This document shows, piece by piece, positions 8,614 through 17,995 of a stretch of 32,000 bases of DNA. The translations under genes and the position numbers were made by a program. The first letter of the stretch is position 1; the number at the start of each line of letters is the position of its first letter. Source of the DNA: Candidatus Thorarchaeota archaeon (GTDB lineage: Archaea; Asgardarchaeota; Thorarchaeia; Thorarchaeales; Thorarchaeaceae); NCBI GenBank assembly GCA_008080745.1, contig SHMX01000010.1, forward strand, positions 30,001 to 62,000, given 5' to 3'. The notes under the pieces are model-generated. The model was not told the origin of the DNA. It saw only the letters and a list, made by a program, of their open reading frames with translations, and did not search any database.

Positions 8614-9057
8614 TTGGCAAGAACAAAGAAAGTTGGTAGCACTGGCCGCTTTGGAGCTAGATACGGCTCAAAACTACGTCGTAGAGTCCTCGATATTGAG
8701 AAGCGACGAAAGGAAGAACATAGATGTCCTTCTTGCGCTACTAAGGCTCTAAAAAGAAAAGCTGCTGGTCTATGGACATGCCGAAAATGTGGTATTCTTT
8801 TTGCTGGCGGTGCTTATGTACCATACACCGATGCTGGAAAAGCAGCCAAGCGTGCAATAGCTCAACGAGTTTCAGACGATCTTCTCTCACTCAAAGATGT
8901 TGATGAGGAAGATATTGAAGAAATGCCTTCATTCTTACCAAATCTTGACGAGGACGAGATTATTTTAGAAGCAACTGATGCTTTTGAAGAAGCAGAGGAG
9001 CTAGAAGATACCGAGTATATGGAAGAGATTGAGGACACAGAGTCTCTTGAGGAATAA
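8614..9057 (+). CDS. rpl37ae: 50S ribosomal protein L37Ae (eL43) with a 60-aa acidic C-terminal extension
   Basis: MARTKKVGSTGRFGARYG..LR, zinc ribbon CPSC...WTCRKC, FAGGAYVP; TTG start after GGAG. Confidence 0.95.
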   Translation: MARTKKVGSTGRFGARYGSKLRRRVLDIEKRRKEEHRCPSCATKALKRKAAGLWTCRKCGILFAGGAYVPYTDAGKAAKRAIAQRVSDDLLSLKDVDEEDIEEMPSFLPNLDEDEIILEATDAFEEAEELEDTEYMEEIEDTESLEE

Positions 9058-9074
9058 TACTGGATCGATTAGAT

Positions 9075-9629
9075 TTGTTCCTAATCACTACCTCCCGTCG
9101 AACCTCTAATCGGGTACGAAGTTTTGTACGTGACCTCTGGACTGTACTTCCTGGCTCTGATAAATTCAATCGTGGAGGTATGAATCTAGCTGAACTTGCA
9201 GCTAGAATAAGACAATCCTCTGCAGAAGCTGCATTAGTAATAACAATGTTCAAGGGCAATCCTGGTGACATTCAATTCATTGATGCAGATGGCCATCAAT
9301 TTCTAACTGTACGAATGGGTAGTGCACAATTGAAACGGGAAGTAACCTCAGACAATCCCCCTCGGATAAATTCTGTACATTCGATTACTATTCTTTCATC
9401 CGAGAACGAACATCTGCTCTCGCTAGCATCTATTCTTGGCGAAATAATAGGTGTGCCAGTCCACGAGGCCTCGGAGATAGTTCCATTGGGTCCTGAATAC
9501 CAGAACATGGTCACTATTGTTATGGACACATTACAATCAGGAAAGATACTTTGGACTCATTTTCATTCTGAAGACGCTCTGGAGATTGGTCCTCGAATTC
9601 GAGTAAGGTCTATTCTCCGGAAAACCTAA
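9075..9629 (+). CDS. archaeal Brix-domain (Imp4-like) ribosome biogenesis protein
   Basis: LITTSRR.S.RVRSF..DL, NRGGMNL..L, KGNPG.I.F; canonical position in the superoperon. Confidence 0.85.
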   Translation: MFLITTSRRTSNRVRSFVRDLWTVLPGSDKFNRGGMNLAELAARIRQSSAEAALVITMFKGNPGDIQFIDADGHQFLTVRMGSAQLKREVTSDNPPRINSVHSITILSSENEHLLSLASILGEIIGVPVHEASEIVPLGPEYQNMVTIVMDTLQSGKILWTHFHSEDALEIGPRIRVRSILRKT

Positions 9630-9655
9630 ACAGTAAAAATAAAACAGACCGGTTA

Positions 9656-9958
9656 GTGGTGGATTCTATTATGCCCATACACAAAAAACAGAGTGGACCA
9701 ATAATTTCTTGTCAGGCGAATCTCGAACTTGACTTTGAGAATTCCACCACTGCTCAACTTGTATTGGAAGCACTTCTTCCCGAGAGTGATTCAATACCTT
9801 CTGATCGTGCTATTGCGACCTTGAGTGCAAAAGGGTCGATTCTCTCAATCGATATCACTGCTAGTGATTTGACCGCTCTTAGAGCCTCAATGAATTCCTA
9901 TTTGGCTTGGGCGTCTAGCTGTCAAAGAGCACTGGAATTGTTGGATGCATCCCCTTAG
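9656..9958 (+). CDS. pcc1: KEOPS complex subunit Pcc1
   Basis: ALLPE..S.PSDRA and I.ASDLTALRASMNSYL motif; synteny between Brix and pfdB. Start may be ATG 9671. Confidence 0.85.
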   Translation: MVDSIMPIHKKQSGPIISCQANLELDFENSTTAQLVLEALLPESDSIPSDRAIATLSAKGSILSIDITASDLTALRASMNSYLAWASSCQRALELLDASP

Positions 9959-10051
9959 AGGCTGTATCTATCATATATGCCAAAAGCCTTAAGTCAACAG
10001 AAAAGACGCGCTCTGTGAAACCTGTTAATCATTACAGGGAGTTACAATACG

Positions 10052-10414
10052 ATGGCACAACGCAATCCTCCTGAAGCTGAGCATGAAATGATGAAATATC
10101 GGCAACAGTATGAAAAATTAGCTCATAGTTACGAAAAGACCTCAGTTAATCTTCAGGCTTTCAAACAGCGTCTTCATGAAGTGACTGAAACTCTGAAAGA
10201 GTTAGAAAAGCAACCAGATGATACAACTACCTACAAGTTTGTAGGACAGGTTATGTTCCAAGTTGACAAGGTGAAAATTCAAGACGATCTTAAAATGGAA
10301 AAGAAACGACTTGAAGATACCGTACCTCGATTTGAACAGAAGCTTGAAGAAACCAAACAAGAAATAACCGAAATTGCTACGAAGATTCAAGCACTCGGGC
10401 AAGGTAGCCAGTAG
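10052..10414 (+). CDS. pfdB: prefoldin beta subunit
   Basis: Two coiled-coil helices around one beta hairpin (ELEKQPDDTTTYKFVGQVMFQVDK); synteny. Confidence 0.9.
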   Translation: MAQRNPPEAEHEMMKYRQQYEKLAHSYEKTSVNLQAFKQRLHEVTETLKELEKQPDDTTTYKFVGQVMFQVDKVKIQDDLKMEKKRLEDTVPRFEQKLEETKQEITEIATKIQALGQGSQ

Positions 10415-10427
10415 TTTAGTGAACACA

Positions 10428-10730
10428 ATGAGCCCTTTGCTAGAGATTGGACTCCCCGATCTATCCCCTGACGAGCTAGAGAAACTAGCAGAAAAATGTG
10501 AAGAAGAGGTTTCCCAATATATTACGGAACGTGTTCCACAAAAGAGCATTGAACAGCTTGTTGTAACTTGTTTACTTGAATTGTCCGATGATCGGCTTGA
10601 TGTTATCATTAATATTGACATTATCCAAAAATACGAATCTGGTCATGACCTAGACTCGATTAGTGACGATGCTATCGAGCATGCGATTGAATGGGTTGAA
10701 GACCGGCTTCGGGAGATGAAGGAGGCATGA
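10428..10730 (+). CDS. DUF3194-family conserved archaeal protein
   Basis: IGLPDLS.DELEKLAE; usual position between pfdB and the DHH gene; start placed at ATG 10428 to avoid overlap with pfdB. Confidence 0.7.
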   Translation: MSPLLEIGLPDLSPDELEKLAEKCEEEVSQYITERVPQKSIEQLVVTCLLELSDDRLDVIINIDIIQKYESGHDLDSISDDAIEHAIEWVEDRLREMKEA

Positions 10731-11728
10731 ATCTTCGCTCTCTGAATTCTGCTGATAATGTGCTTATTCTCGGGCATCATAATGCTGATCCTGATGCAAT
10801 TTGTTCCATGATTGCTTTCAAGGAGATTTATCAAAACCTACATCCTGATGCAGTCATAAACATGGCATGTGATGATATTAGCAAGCTGTCAACTCATGTC
10901 TTGGATATCTTTGCCCCAGATGAAACTATTCTATCAGAAATATCTGGTCAATATGACCTTGTAGTCCTATTAGACACTAATAGCCTATCTCAACTAGGCT
11001 CATTGGTCGAAAATCTTGCTCTGAATCCCGAAAACACTCTGATTATTGATCATCACGAAGAAAGTGAAGAGGCGGCTAATATTGCTTCTACACGATGGAT
11101 TCAATCTGATATATCTTCTACATGTGAAATGATGGTGACCCTATACGTGGACTCAGAGGTTAGCATATCCCCTCGTGTTGCCAACCTTCTTCTTACGGGT
11201 ATTCTATTTGACACACGACGCTTTTTCTACGCTGGAGTAACTACATTCGATTCTACTTGCAAATTGATTGATGCTGGGGCCAAATACAAGAAATGTGTGC
11301 AATCTCTTATCGTTCGTCCTGAACGTTCTGAACGTATAGCACGGCTAAAAGCTGCAAGTCGATTAACGGTTTATACAATTGATGAATGGATTATTGTGAC
11401 TTCGAAGATTGGTGCTTATGAGGCTAGTGCCTGTAGAGGTATTATTGATTTAGGCGCTGATGTCGCAATTGTAGGTGGTCGACCATCGCAGAATAAAGTC
11501 CGTATTAGTTCACGGAGCACTAGTCATTTCTCCAGGTCGACTGGAATCAATTTAGGTTTGGATGTGATGGCACCACTGGGCGAACTTATTGGTGGACAAG
11601 GTGGTGGGCATCAAAACGCAGCGGGTGCTAACGGTGTGAAAAACAGAAGTGAGGCATTAAAACAAGCAGTAGAGCTCATTAGGCAGAAATTGCAGGAAGG
11701 TACATCCGAAAACCAAACAGTACCCTAG
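10727..11728 (+). CDS. DHH/DHHA1 phosphoesterase (NrnA-like)
   Basis: HHNADPDA, LLDT, IIDHH, GILFDT, GGGH..AAG motifs. Confidence 0.9.
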   Translation: MNLRSLNSADNVLILGHHNADPDAICSMIAFKEIYQNLHPDAVINMACDDISKLSTHVLDIFAPDETILSEISGQYDLVVLLDTNSLSQLGSLVENLALNPENTLIIDHHEESEEAANIASTRWIQSDISSTCEMMVTLYVDSEVSISPRVANLLLTGILFDTRRFFYAGVTTFDSTCKLIDAGAKYKKCVQSLIVRPERSERIARLKAASRLTVYTIDEWIIVTSKIGAYEASACRGIIDLGADVAIVGGRPSQNKVRISSRSTSHFSRSTGINLGLDVMAPLGELIGGQGGGHQNAAGANGVKNRSEALKQAVELIRQKLQEGTSENQTVP

Positions 11729-11739
11729 GAGAAATCGCC

Positions 11740-12582
11740 ATGCCCTTAATTGAATTTGCTGATTTTAGTTTCAAATATGTTGGGGCTGACTCTCTTGCTT
11801 TAAAGCGGATAAATCTGACCATTAATGAGGGTGAATACGTAGTAATCACTGGGCCATCGGGCTGTGGAAAAACTACACTCTGTCGTGCAATCAATGGACT
11901 TGTTCCACATTTTCATAGGGGATACATTGGTGGCAATGTCATAATTGATGGGATTAATACGCGTACCAGTTCTGTGGCGAATCTATCATCTATTGCCGGT
12001 ATGGTTTTTCAGAATCCATCAAACCAGCTGGTTACGCTCAATGTCGAACGTGAATTAGCATTTGGTCCTGAAAATTTGGGTGTTGACCCAGCAGAGATTA
12101 CGAATCGAATCAATGAAATTGTTGAACTTCTATTTTTAGAAAACCTGTTAGAGAAACATCCCCATGAGATGTCAGGTGGAGAACAGCAGAGGGTTGCACT
12201 CGCAGCCACATTAGCCATGAAACCCCAAATACTGGTAGCTGACGAACCCACTTCTAATTTGGACCCGAAGAATGCTGAACACATCCTTGAAATTATATCC
12301 TCCTTGAATAAGCGTGGAATGACCGTTGTTCTCATAGAACACAGGCTAGATTTGGTTGCGCAAGATGCTACGAGAATTGTGTTGATGAATGCTGGTCGGA
12401 TTGTAGCGGATGGAAAACCCCGTGAAATTTTAGTTGATGATATTTGTCAAGAGATTGGTGTTGGTATTCCCAAAGCGACACAGGTATACAAAGGATTGAA
12501 AAAACGGGGAATACAACTCCCCTCGGTTCCATTATCTGGTGAGGAACTAGCTTATATTGTACAGGAGGCCGTTCTGAAATGA
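11740..12582 (+). CDS. ecfA1: ECF transporter ATPase A1
   Basis: GPSGCGKT, MVFQNP..Q, ELAFGPEN, MSGGEQQR, ADEPTSNLD, IEH. Confidence 0.9.
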   Translation: MPLIEFADFSFKYVGADSLALKRINLTINEGEYVVITGPSGCGKTTLCRAINGLVPHFHRGYIGGNVIIDGINTRTSSVANLSSIAGMVFQNPSNQLVTLNVERELAFGPENLGVDPAEITNRINEIVELLFLENLLEKHPHEMSGGEQQRVALAATLAMKPQILVADEPTSNLDPKNAEHILEIISSLNKRGMTVVLIEHRLDLVAQDATRIVLMNAGRIVADGKPREILVDDICQEIGVGIPKATQVYKGLKKRGIQLPSVPLSGEELAYIVQEAVLK

Positions 12583-13403
12583 TTAAGATTGAAGATATTC
12601 ATTTCAAATACGAGGGAGTATATACCGCCCTCAGGGGGGTATCTATCCAAATTGATCAAGGGGAACGTGTTGCAATTGTTGGAACAAATGGTGCTGGAAA
12701 GACGACACTGGTTAAACATATGAATGGCTTGTTACGGCCTCAAAGGGGTCATGTCTTTCTAAAGGACAGAGATACCAAACATATGTCGGTTGCCGAGATT
12801 GCTCGTACTGTTGGCCTGGTATTTCAGAGTCCCGATCATCAATTATTTCTGGACTCTGTAGAAAAAGAGGTTGTTTTTGGTCTTCGAAATCTTGGTTATT
12901 CTGCTAAAGAGGCAGAGGAACGGTGTCATAATACTCTGAGCCGTTTAGGTCTTGAAGGATTTGCAGACCGTTCTCCATTTACTCTATCTGGAGGTGAAAG
13001 AAAACGGGTTGCATTAGCATCGGTTCTTGCAACAGAGCCAAAGGTTCTAGCCTTGGATGAACCAACTATCGGTCAGGATGCGAAACAGAAAAAACTTCTT
13101 GCAGAGTTGCTATCCGAGATGAATGATGCAGGTTGTACCGTCGTTGTTGTCACACACGATATAGAATTTGTCGTTGAGTTCTTTCCTCGGACAGTTGCTA
13201 TGTCCGGTGGTCTAATTGTAGGTGATGGCAAAACCGAATCACTACTTAGTAATGAGGCGATTATCGACCTCTCCTCTTTATCTGCTCCTCAGACAACTTT
13301 AGCTGCTTCGGCATTGAGAAAGAAATTCCCAGAGGTTTCAAATAGAATAACCTCTGTGTCTGACTTGGAAGAAATCATAGTACGATTAGTGGGGGGATTA
13401 TGA
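12579..13403 (+). CDS. ecfA2: ECF transporter ATPase A2
   Basis: GTNGAGKT, LVFQSPDHQLF, SPFTLSGGERKR, LDEPT.GQD, VTHD; ATGA overlap with ecfA1. Confidence 0.9.
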   Translation: MIKIEDIHFKYEGVYTALRGVSIQIDQGERVAIVGTNGAGKTTLVKHMNGLLRPQRGHVFLKDRDTKHMSVAEIARTVGLVFQSPDHQLFLDSVEKEVVFGLRNLGYSAKEAEERCHNTLSRLGLEGFADRSPFTLSGGERKRVALASVLATEPKVLALDEPTIGQDAKQKKLLAELLSEMNDAGCTVVVVTHDIEFVVEFFPRTVAMSGGLIVGDGKTESLLSNEAIIDLSSLSAPQTTLAASALRKKFPEVSNRITSVSDLEEIIVRLVGGL

Positions 13404-13404
13404 T

Positions 13405-14175
13405 ATGTCATTTCTAGAGGTTTTTCAATACACCAAACAGGATTCAGTTATACATCAACTCGATCCGCGTTCCAAAATGGTCTTGGCGATCACCTCAGCA
13501 GCCATCTCTCTTATGTTTCTTAACATCGTCCCCCTACTAATTATTCTCTTGTGCCAGATTCCTATTCTATTTCTTGCAAAATCTGTCCGAAGATGGCTAA
13601 GGAGCATGAAAGGTTTATCATTTCTGCTAATTTTCATTATTGTCTTTAACACACTACTTTCGACAGTTGCGAATCCTTTTTCCTATTCAGTAGCTTTGAC
13701 TATACGACTGATAGCCCTTATGACCTCTTTCTCAATATTCTTTCTCACGGTTCATCCTGATGAGCTATCTCAGGCAATGATTCAGATGCGAATACGATTT
13801 GAATTTGCATTTGCAATGAGCATGGCTATGCGTTATGTACCAACCCTTGCACATGAAGCTTATTCAATAATGGATGCACAAAAAGCCAGAGGTGTTGAAC
13901 TAGACAAAGGAAATCTGCTGAAGCGAATTAGAAACATGATTCCTATCATTGTACCCTTAATCATTGTTTCAATCAGAAGGGCATTATCGGTTGCAGAAAG
14001 TATGGAATCCCGTGCATTTGGGGTTTCGCAAAATAGAACTTATCTGAAACGGTTGGAGTTTCAAAGACGTGATTGGATTGTAGCATTTTTTTCGATTGCT
14101 GTTCTACTATATCTGATATATTTCCTCTCCTTCTTCGGTCTCCCCGACTGGATGCTATGGGGCTTCTCGTTTTGA
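13405..14175 (+). CDS. ecfT: ECF transporter transmembrane component T
   Basis: SVIHQLDPRSK, AMRYVPTL, AQKARG and AESMESRAF (the two x-Arg-x motifs). Confidence 0.92.
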   Translation: MSFLEVFQYTKQDSVIHQLDPRSKMVLAITSAAISLMFLNIVPLLIILLCQIPILFLAKSVRRWLRSMKGLSFLLIFIIVFNTLLSTVANPFSYSVALTIRLIALMTSFSIFFLTVHPDELSQAMIQMRIRFEFAFAMSMAMRYVPTLAHEAYSIMDAQKARGVELDKGNLLKRIRNMIPIIVPLIIVSIRRALSVAESMESRAFGVSQNRTYLKRLEFQRRDWIVAFFSIAVLLYLIYFLSFFGLPDWMLWGFSF

Positions 14176-14298
14176 ATGACTTCAGGCAAATACTATATTA
14201 ATTTAAAGAAGCATTTGCTTAGATTAACCGAATAGATTCTGATGTTTCACCATTAATACTCTCTGAATGGATGGCAGTGGTCTAGAATCAAGAAATAG

Positions 14299-15654
14299 TT
14301 GTTGAATATGATTGAAAACACTCGTATTAAAAGGTTAAATCAAAATTCAATACAAGATGGTGAGTTTATTCTGTATTGGATGCAGGCATCCCAACGACCA
14401 AACTATAATCATGCATTAGAATATGCAATAGAACTTGCCAACAGATATGAGCATCCTGTGGTTGTATTTGTAGGTATTACGGATAGATATCCTGATGCAA
14501 ATCTCCGTTCATACTCCTTCATGGTTGACGGTCTCTCAGAAGCCCAAAAAAGTCTACTCAATAGAGGTATAGGGCTACGCCTTGAGGTTATCTCTCCAGA
14601 AGTTGGTGCAGTAGAATATGCAAAAAAGGCTTGTCTTGTTGTTGTAGATAGAGGATATCTACGTCATCAGCGCGAGTGGCGTACTTATGTTGCTGATCAT
14701 ATTCGATGCCCACTGATTCAAGTAGAAACGGATGTGATCGTTCCTGTTGAAGTTTCCTCGCCAAAAGAAGAATATACTGCTGGCACATTCCGACCAAAGA
14801 TTAACAGAGTACTTGATGAGTATCTAGTCCCACTGGAACCTACCTCTCTGGAACATACTGGTCCCACAATACTTGATGAAAAATCAAATCAAACACCTGC
14901 TTGCATCTTGAAAGAATTAAATATCGCCAGAACAGTTCCCCCAATTGAATGGTTGGAACCTGGGTTTGATGCAGCCCTAAAACAATTTGAATATTTTCTA
15001 GAAAACGATTTAGACTCTTTTGAAGAGTTACGAAATGACCCTGCAGAAAATAATCTCTCTCATATGAGTCCTTATCTTCATTTCGGCCAGATTTCCCCTC
15101 TCTACATGGCATTGAGAGTGATTGACGCGGAGAGTCCTGGAGGACCCAGCTTTTTGGAAGAACTCATTGTTCGCAGAGAGCTAAGTATGAATTTCGTATA
15201 TTACAATGAACATTATGACTCTCTGGAATGCCTTCCTAGTTGGGCCCAATCTACACTAAGCTCACATGCTACAGATGAACGTGAATACATTTACTCTGTT
15301 GAAGAGTTTGAGAAAGCTCAAACCCATGACCCCTACTGGAACGCTGCACAGATGGAGATGGTACATCTAGGAAAGATGCATGGATACATGCGAATGTATT
15401 GGGGTAAAAAGATTCTAGAATGGAGTTCTTCACCTCAAGAAGCCTATCAGATTGCTATCTATCTAAACAACAAGTACGAACTAGATGGTCGAGACCCTAA
15501 TGGATATACGGGTGTTGCATGGTGTTTTGGAAAACATGATCGTGCTTGGAAAGAACGTCCCATTTACGGAAAAGTTCGTTATATGAATGCGCGGGGACTA
15601 GAGAGGAAATTTGACATTGAACGCTATGTTCAGCGTGTCCCTACAATACATTAA
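14299..15654 (+). CDS. phrB: class II CPD DNA photolyase
   Basis: LYWMQASQR..NHAL, LSHMSPYLHFGQIS, FLEELIVRRELS.N, THDPYWNAAQ, GKMHGYMRMYWGKKILEW, LDGRDPNGY.G, ERPIYGKVRYM. Alternative start ATG 14308. Confidence 0.95.
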   Translation: MLNMIENTRIKRLNQNSIQDGEFILYWMQASQRPNYNHALEYAIELANRYEHPVVVFVGITDRYPDANLRSYSFMVDGLSEAQKSLLNRGIGLRLEVISPEVGAVEYAKKACLVVVDRGYLRHQREWRTYVADHIRCPLIQVETDVIVPVEVSSPKEEYTAGTFRPKINRVLDEYLVPLEPTSLEHTGPTILDEKSNQTPACILKELNIARTVPPIEWLEPGFDAALKQFEYFLENDLDSFEELRNDPAENNLSHMSPYLHFGQISPLYMALRVIDAESPGGPSFLEELIVRRELSMNFVYYNEHYDSLECLPSWAQSTLSSHATDEREYIYSVEEFEKAQTHDPYWNAAQMEMVHLGKMHGYMRMYWGKKILEWSSSPQEAYQIAIYLNNKYELDGRDPNGYTGVAWCFGKHDRAWKERPIYGKVRYMNARGLERKFDIERYVQRVPTIH

Positions 15655-15732
15655 CATAGGACCAATACCTACTATATATGAACAGAGTTTATCTAATCTA
15701 GATATATTCTATATCTACTGGGGATTGTTAAG

Positions 15733-16356
15733 ATGTTTGAGAAGCTTCCAAAATTACCAGGAAAACTTGGTGAAATATTACCAAAATCTCGTGGGCCTGA
15801 TTCCACAAAATGCTATACCTTGGCTGACTTGATTGAGGAAATCAAACAAATTGAACCCACACCTCGTGCTCTATTTCTAATTGGACGTGAACTAATCTAT
15901 CATGAGCTTCTCTTCTGTAAACGCAATCTTGGTGAGGAGCATGAGATAACTCAGCATTTTACTGATCTGCTTGAGTTCATGCAGAGTGGATATGAACAAC
16001 GACTTGTACGTGGTGAACTAGGAGTAGGGAGTAATACGCCAAGCACTGCAATTGATCATTTTCTCAGCGATAAACCAGCGTTATTCTTTGAATACCCTCT
16101 TGGACGAAGCAAAAAACAAATCCGGAGGATCTTGAATATTGCAAAAGAACAGACTGCGAAAGATAACGCAGAATATGAGAAAATGATTGATGGTATCAAA
16201 AAAGCCATTGAAGAAGAACCTGAGAATGAGGATCTTTGGAATCAGCTGCGTCTTGTGCTATGGTTAACAGGTTGTCACGAAGAAGCCACCGAGGCCTTTG
16301 AAAAGGCAAAGAAACTTGGATGGGATCCGGAAACGTCTAAATTAGTTGCAATCTAA
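15733..16356 (+). CDS. hypothetical protein with a C-terminal TPR-like repeat
   Basis: 207-aa ORF; KAIEEEPENEDLWNQL..L...G..EEA.EAFEKAKKL fits one TPR; N-terminal part not recognised. Confidence 0.75.
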   Translation: MFEKLPKLPGKLGEILPKSRGPDSTKCYTLADLIEEIKQIEPTPRALFLIGRELIYHELLFCKRNLGEEHEITQHFTDLLEFMQSGYEQRLVRGELGVGSNTPSTAIDHFLSDKPALFFEYPLGRSKKQIRRILNIAKEQTAKDNAEYEKMIDGIKKAIEEEPENEDLWNQLRLVLWLTGCHEEATEAFEKAKKLGWDPETSKLVAI

Positions 16357-16507
16357 TTACAGTCTGCAGTCCTTTCAAACATCTTCTCGTGATGAGCAAT
16401 GAGTGAGAATATAGATATCTTACCCATTGTTGATGTGATGGAACTTACTATTCCTTGCTATCTCTAACGGTACAATCCGTATTATTTCAAAACCACAACT
16501 CATACAA

Positions 16508-16530
16508 TAGTAGGATAACCTATCCTATTA
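16508..16530 (-). terminator. stem-loop at the VOC gene stop
   Basis: TAGGATA-ACC-TATCCTA (16511-16527), extendable by 3 bp, abutting the stop at 16528-16530. Confidence 0.4.
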
Positions 16531-16899
16531 CTTTAGAAAATCTTCTATCTCTAGTGGTTTTAGATCATGAAGGAATGCTTGGAATTCCAAGTCTCGTCCC
16601 TCTGGGTCTTTACCAAAGAATTGATAGATGTTGTAAACATCATTCTTTCTTGGTTCTGTATTGGCCAAATGTTGTATTTTTTCATAGATCTGGTCAACTT
16701 TCTTTGGTGTTTTATAGAACAGAGTAATCATTCCCTCAGTTTCCGCATTATTTCTCTGACAGAACCCCAGTAGAAGATTTCCGTGGCTCAGAATTGTACA
16801 ACCCTTCTGTTCCAACCATATCTTCAAGCCCAGAGTAGAAGTATAAAATTCAGTAATTTCTTCCAATTTTTGAGTTTCAAAGAATACAATTCCTGCCAA
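16528..16899 (-). CDS. VOC/glyoxalase-family protein
   Basis: IVFF....LEEITEFY...LGL, C.IL..GNLLLGFC, MITLFY, YQFFGKDPEGR.LEFQ; TTG start after GGTGA. Confidence 0.85.
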   Translation of the reverse strand: MAGIVFFETQKLEEITEFYTSTLGLKIWLEQKGCTILSHGNLLLGFCQRNNAETEGMITLFYKTPKKVDQIYEKIQHLANTEPRKNDVYNIYQFFGKDPEGRDLEFQAFLHDLKPLEIEDFLK

Positions 16900-16911
16900 T
16901 CATATCACCAA

Positions 16912-17406
16912 TCAATCTTTCTTTACTCCGTAATAGGTCATCATGTCTACATCTTTACCCGCCAGTTTCAAATACATCCAAACTTGCATTTTATGCATGG
17001 CAATATGAGTTGCCATCTCTTGGAGGTAGTGTGCAAGACTTTCTTTTACATCCTTCATATAGAATGGTGTAATCTTCTTCTCAAGTAGTTCGCTATGTGA
17101 TGCATCCTTGAAAAATTCCACTAATTCTTCTGTTCCTGAATCCAGCACTTCAAGCATTCCATGAATTGAATCTCGTTTTAATTTCTTTTCTAGTTCTTGG
17201 GCCTCTTCAGCCTTCTTGATGTCCATTGTAAATATGCGTCGGTCCATCTTAGGAATTTGCACTAGATGATTTGCAAGGTCTTTTAGGCTCTTTAAACCGT
17301 AACCTGGTGAGAAGTCCAAATCCACTTCCTTCGCCTTCTCCAACACCACTCTTGCTTGAGAAATCTCAGTTTCGATTGACTCTATCAATATCTCTGCTAA
17401 ATTCAT
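16912..17406 (-). CDS. DinB/YfiT-family protein
   Basis: LDFSP....SLKDLANHL and C-terminal THIAMHKMQ.WMYLK..G (His triad). Confidence 0.85.
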   Translation of the reverse strand: MNLAEILIESIETEISQARVVLEKAKEVDLDFSPGYGLKSLKDLANHLVQIPKMDRRIFTMDIKKAEEAQELEKKLKRDSIHGMLEVLDSGTEELVEFFKDASHSELLEKKITPFYMKDVKESLAHYLQEMATHIAMHKMQVWMYLKLAGKDVDMMTYYGVKKD

Positions 17407-17713
17407 CTTGTTAACCTTCTAGTTTGATTTTACTCATCCATCATAAGAATATTTGTTAGAAACAGGTTGAATCCAATAGTAATCGATTCAAAATAAAAAA
17501 TAAGTCTAGCCCATTTTCCTAAGTCTCTGTTTCATTTTTCCGCACATTATCCCTCTCTAATACCTGAATTCCGAAACCGCTTTTGTCCGCAGAATAATAT
17601 CTATTCTGTTCAATATACTAGATGGATTTGGTTAACAATCCCAGAAGTAATCTTTCGTAACTTCGTCTTGTTACTCTGGGGTTATCGTACTTGATTCAGA
17701 AGGTGTATAACAA

Positions 17714-17971
17714 ATGTCTACTATAGAAATACCCCGAAGTGCTCTTATCGTCTTAGATTGCCTGAAAGAGAATGGTCCGCTTCCTCCAAAGGACATCAGC
17801 AAGAGGGCAAATATCCCATTAAGGACTGTAAGTTTCGCTCTACGCAAACTTGTCGGCTGGGAGATATGTAAGAAAATCCCTAATCTGGCTGACATGCGTC
17901 GCCCTCTCTATCACATTGATCGTGATAAGATGCGTGCCGTTTTCATGAAATATGGCAGAGTCTTGACCTGA
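17714..17971 (+). CDS. small winged-helix transcriptional regulator (MarR/TrmB-like)
   Basis: SALIVLDCLKENGPL.PKDIS....IPLRTVSFALRKL HTH followed by wing KIPNL.DMRRPLY. Confidence 0.8.
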   Translation: MSTIEIPRSALIVLDCLKENGPLPPKDISKRANIPLRTVSFALRKLVGWEICKKIPNLADMRRPLYHIDRDKMRAVFMKYGRVLT

Positions 17972-17995
17972 TGAGGTTTTCTAGCATAATAACAT

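Noticed and set aside
3829-11728. Several TAG stops as pyrrolysine readthrough
   Set aside because: The proteins are complete at those stops; no interrupted domains.
11740-14175. ECF module with no S component
   Set aside because: Normal for group II ECF systems.
16357-16510. Short minus-strand frames (e.g. MGKISIFSLIAHHEKMF) as a gene remnant
   Set aside because: Under 35 codons with no recognisable family or start signal.
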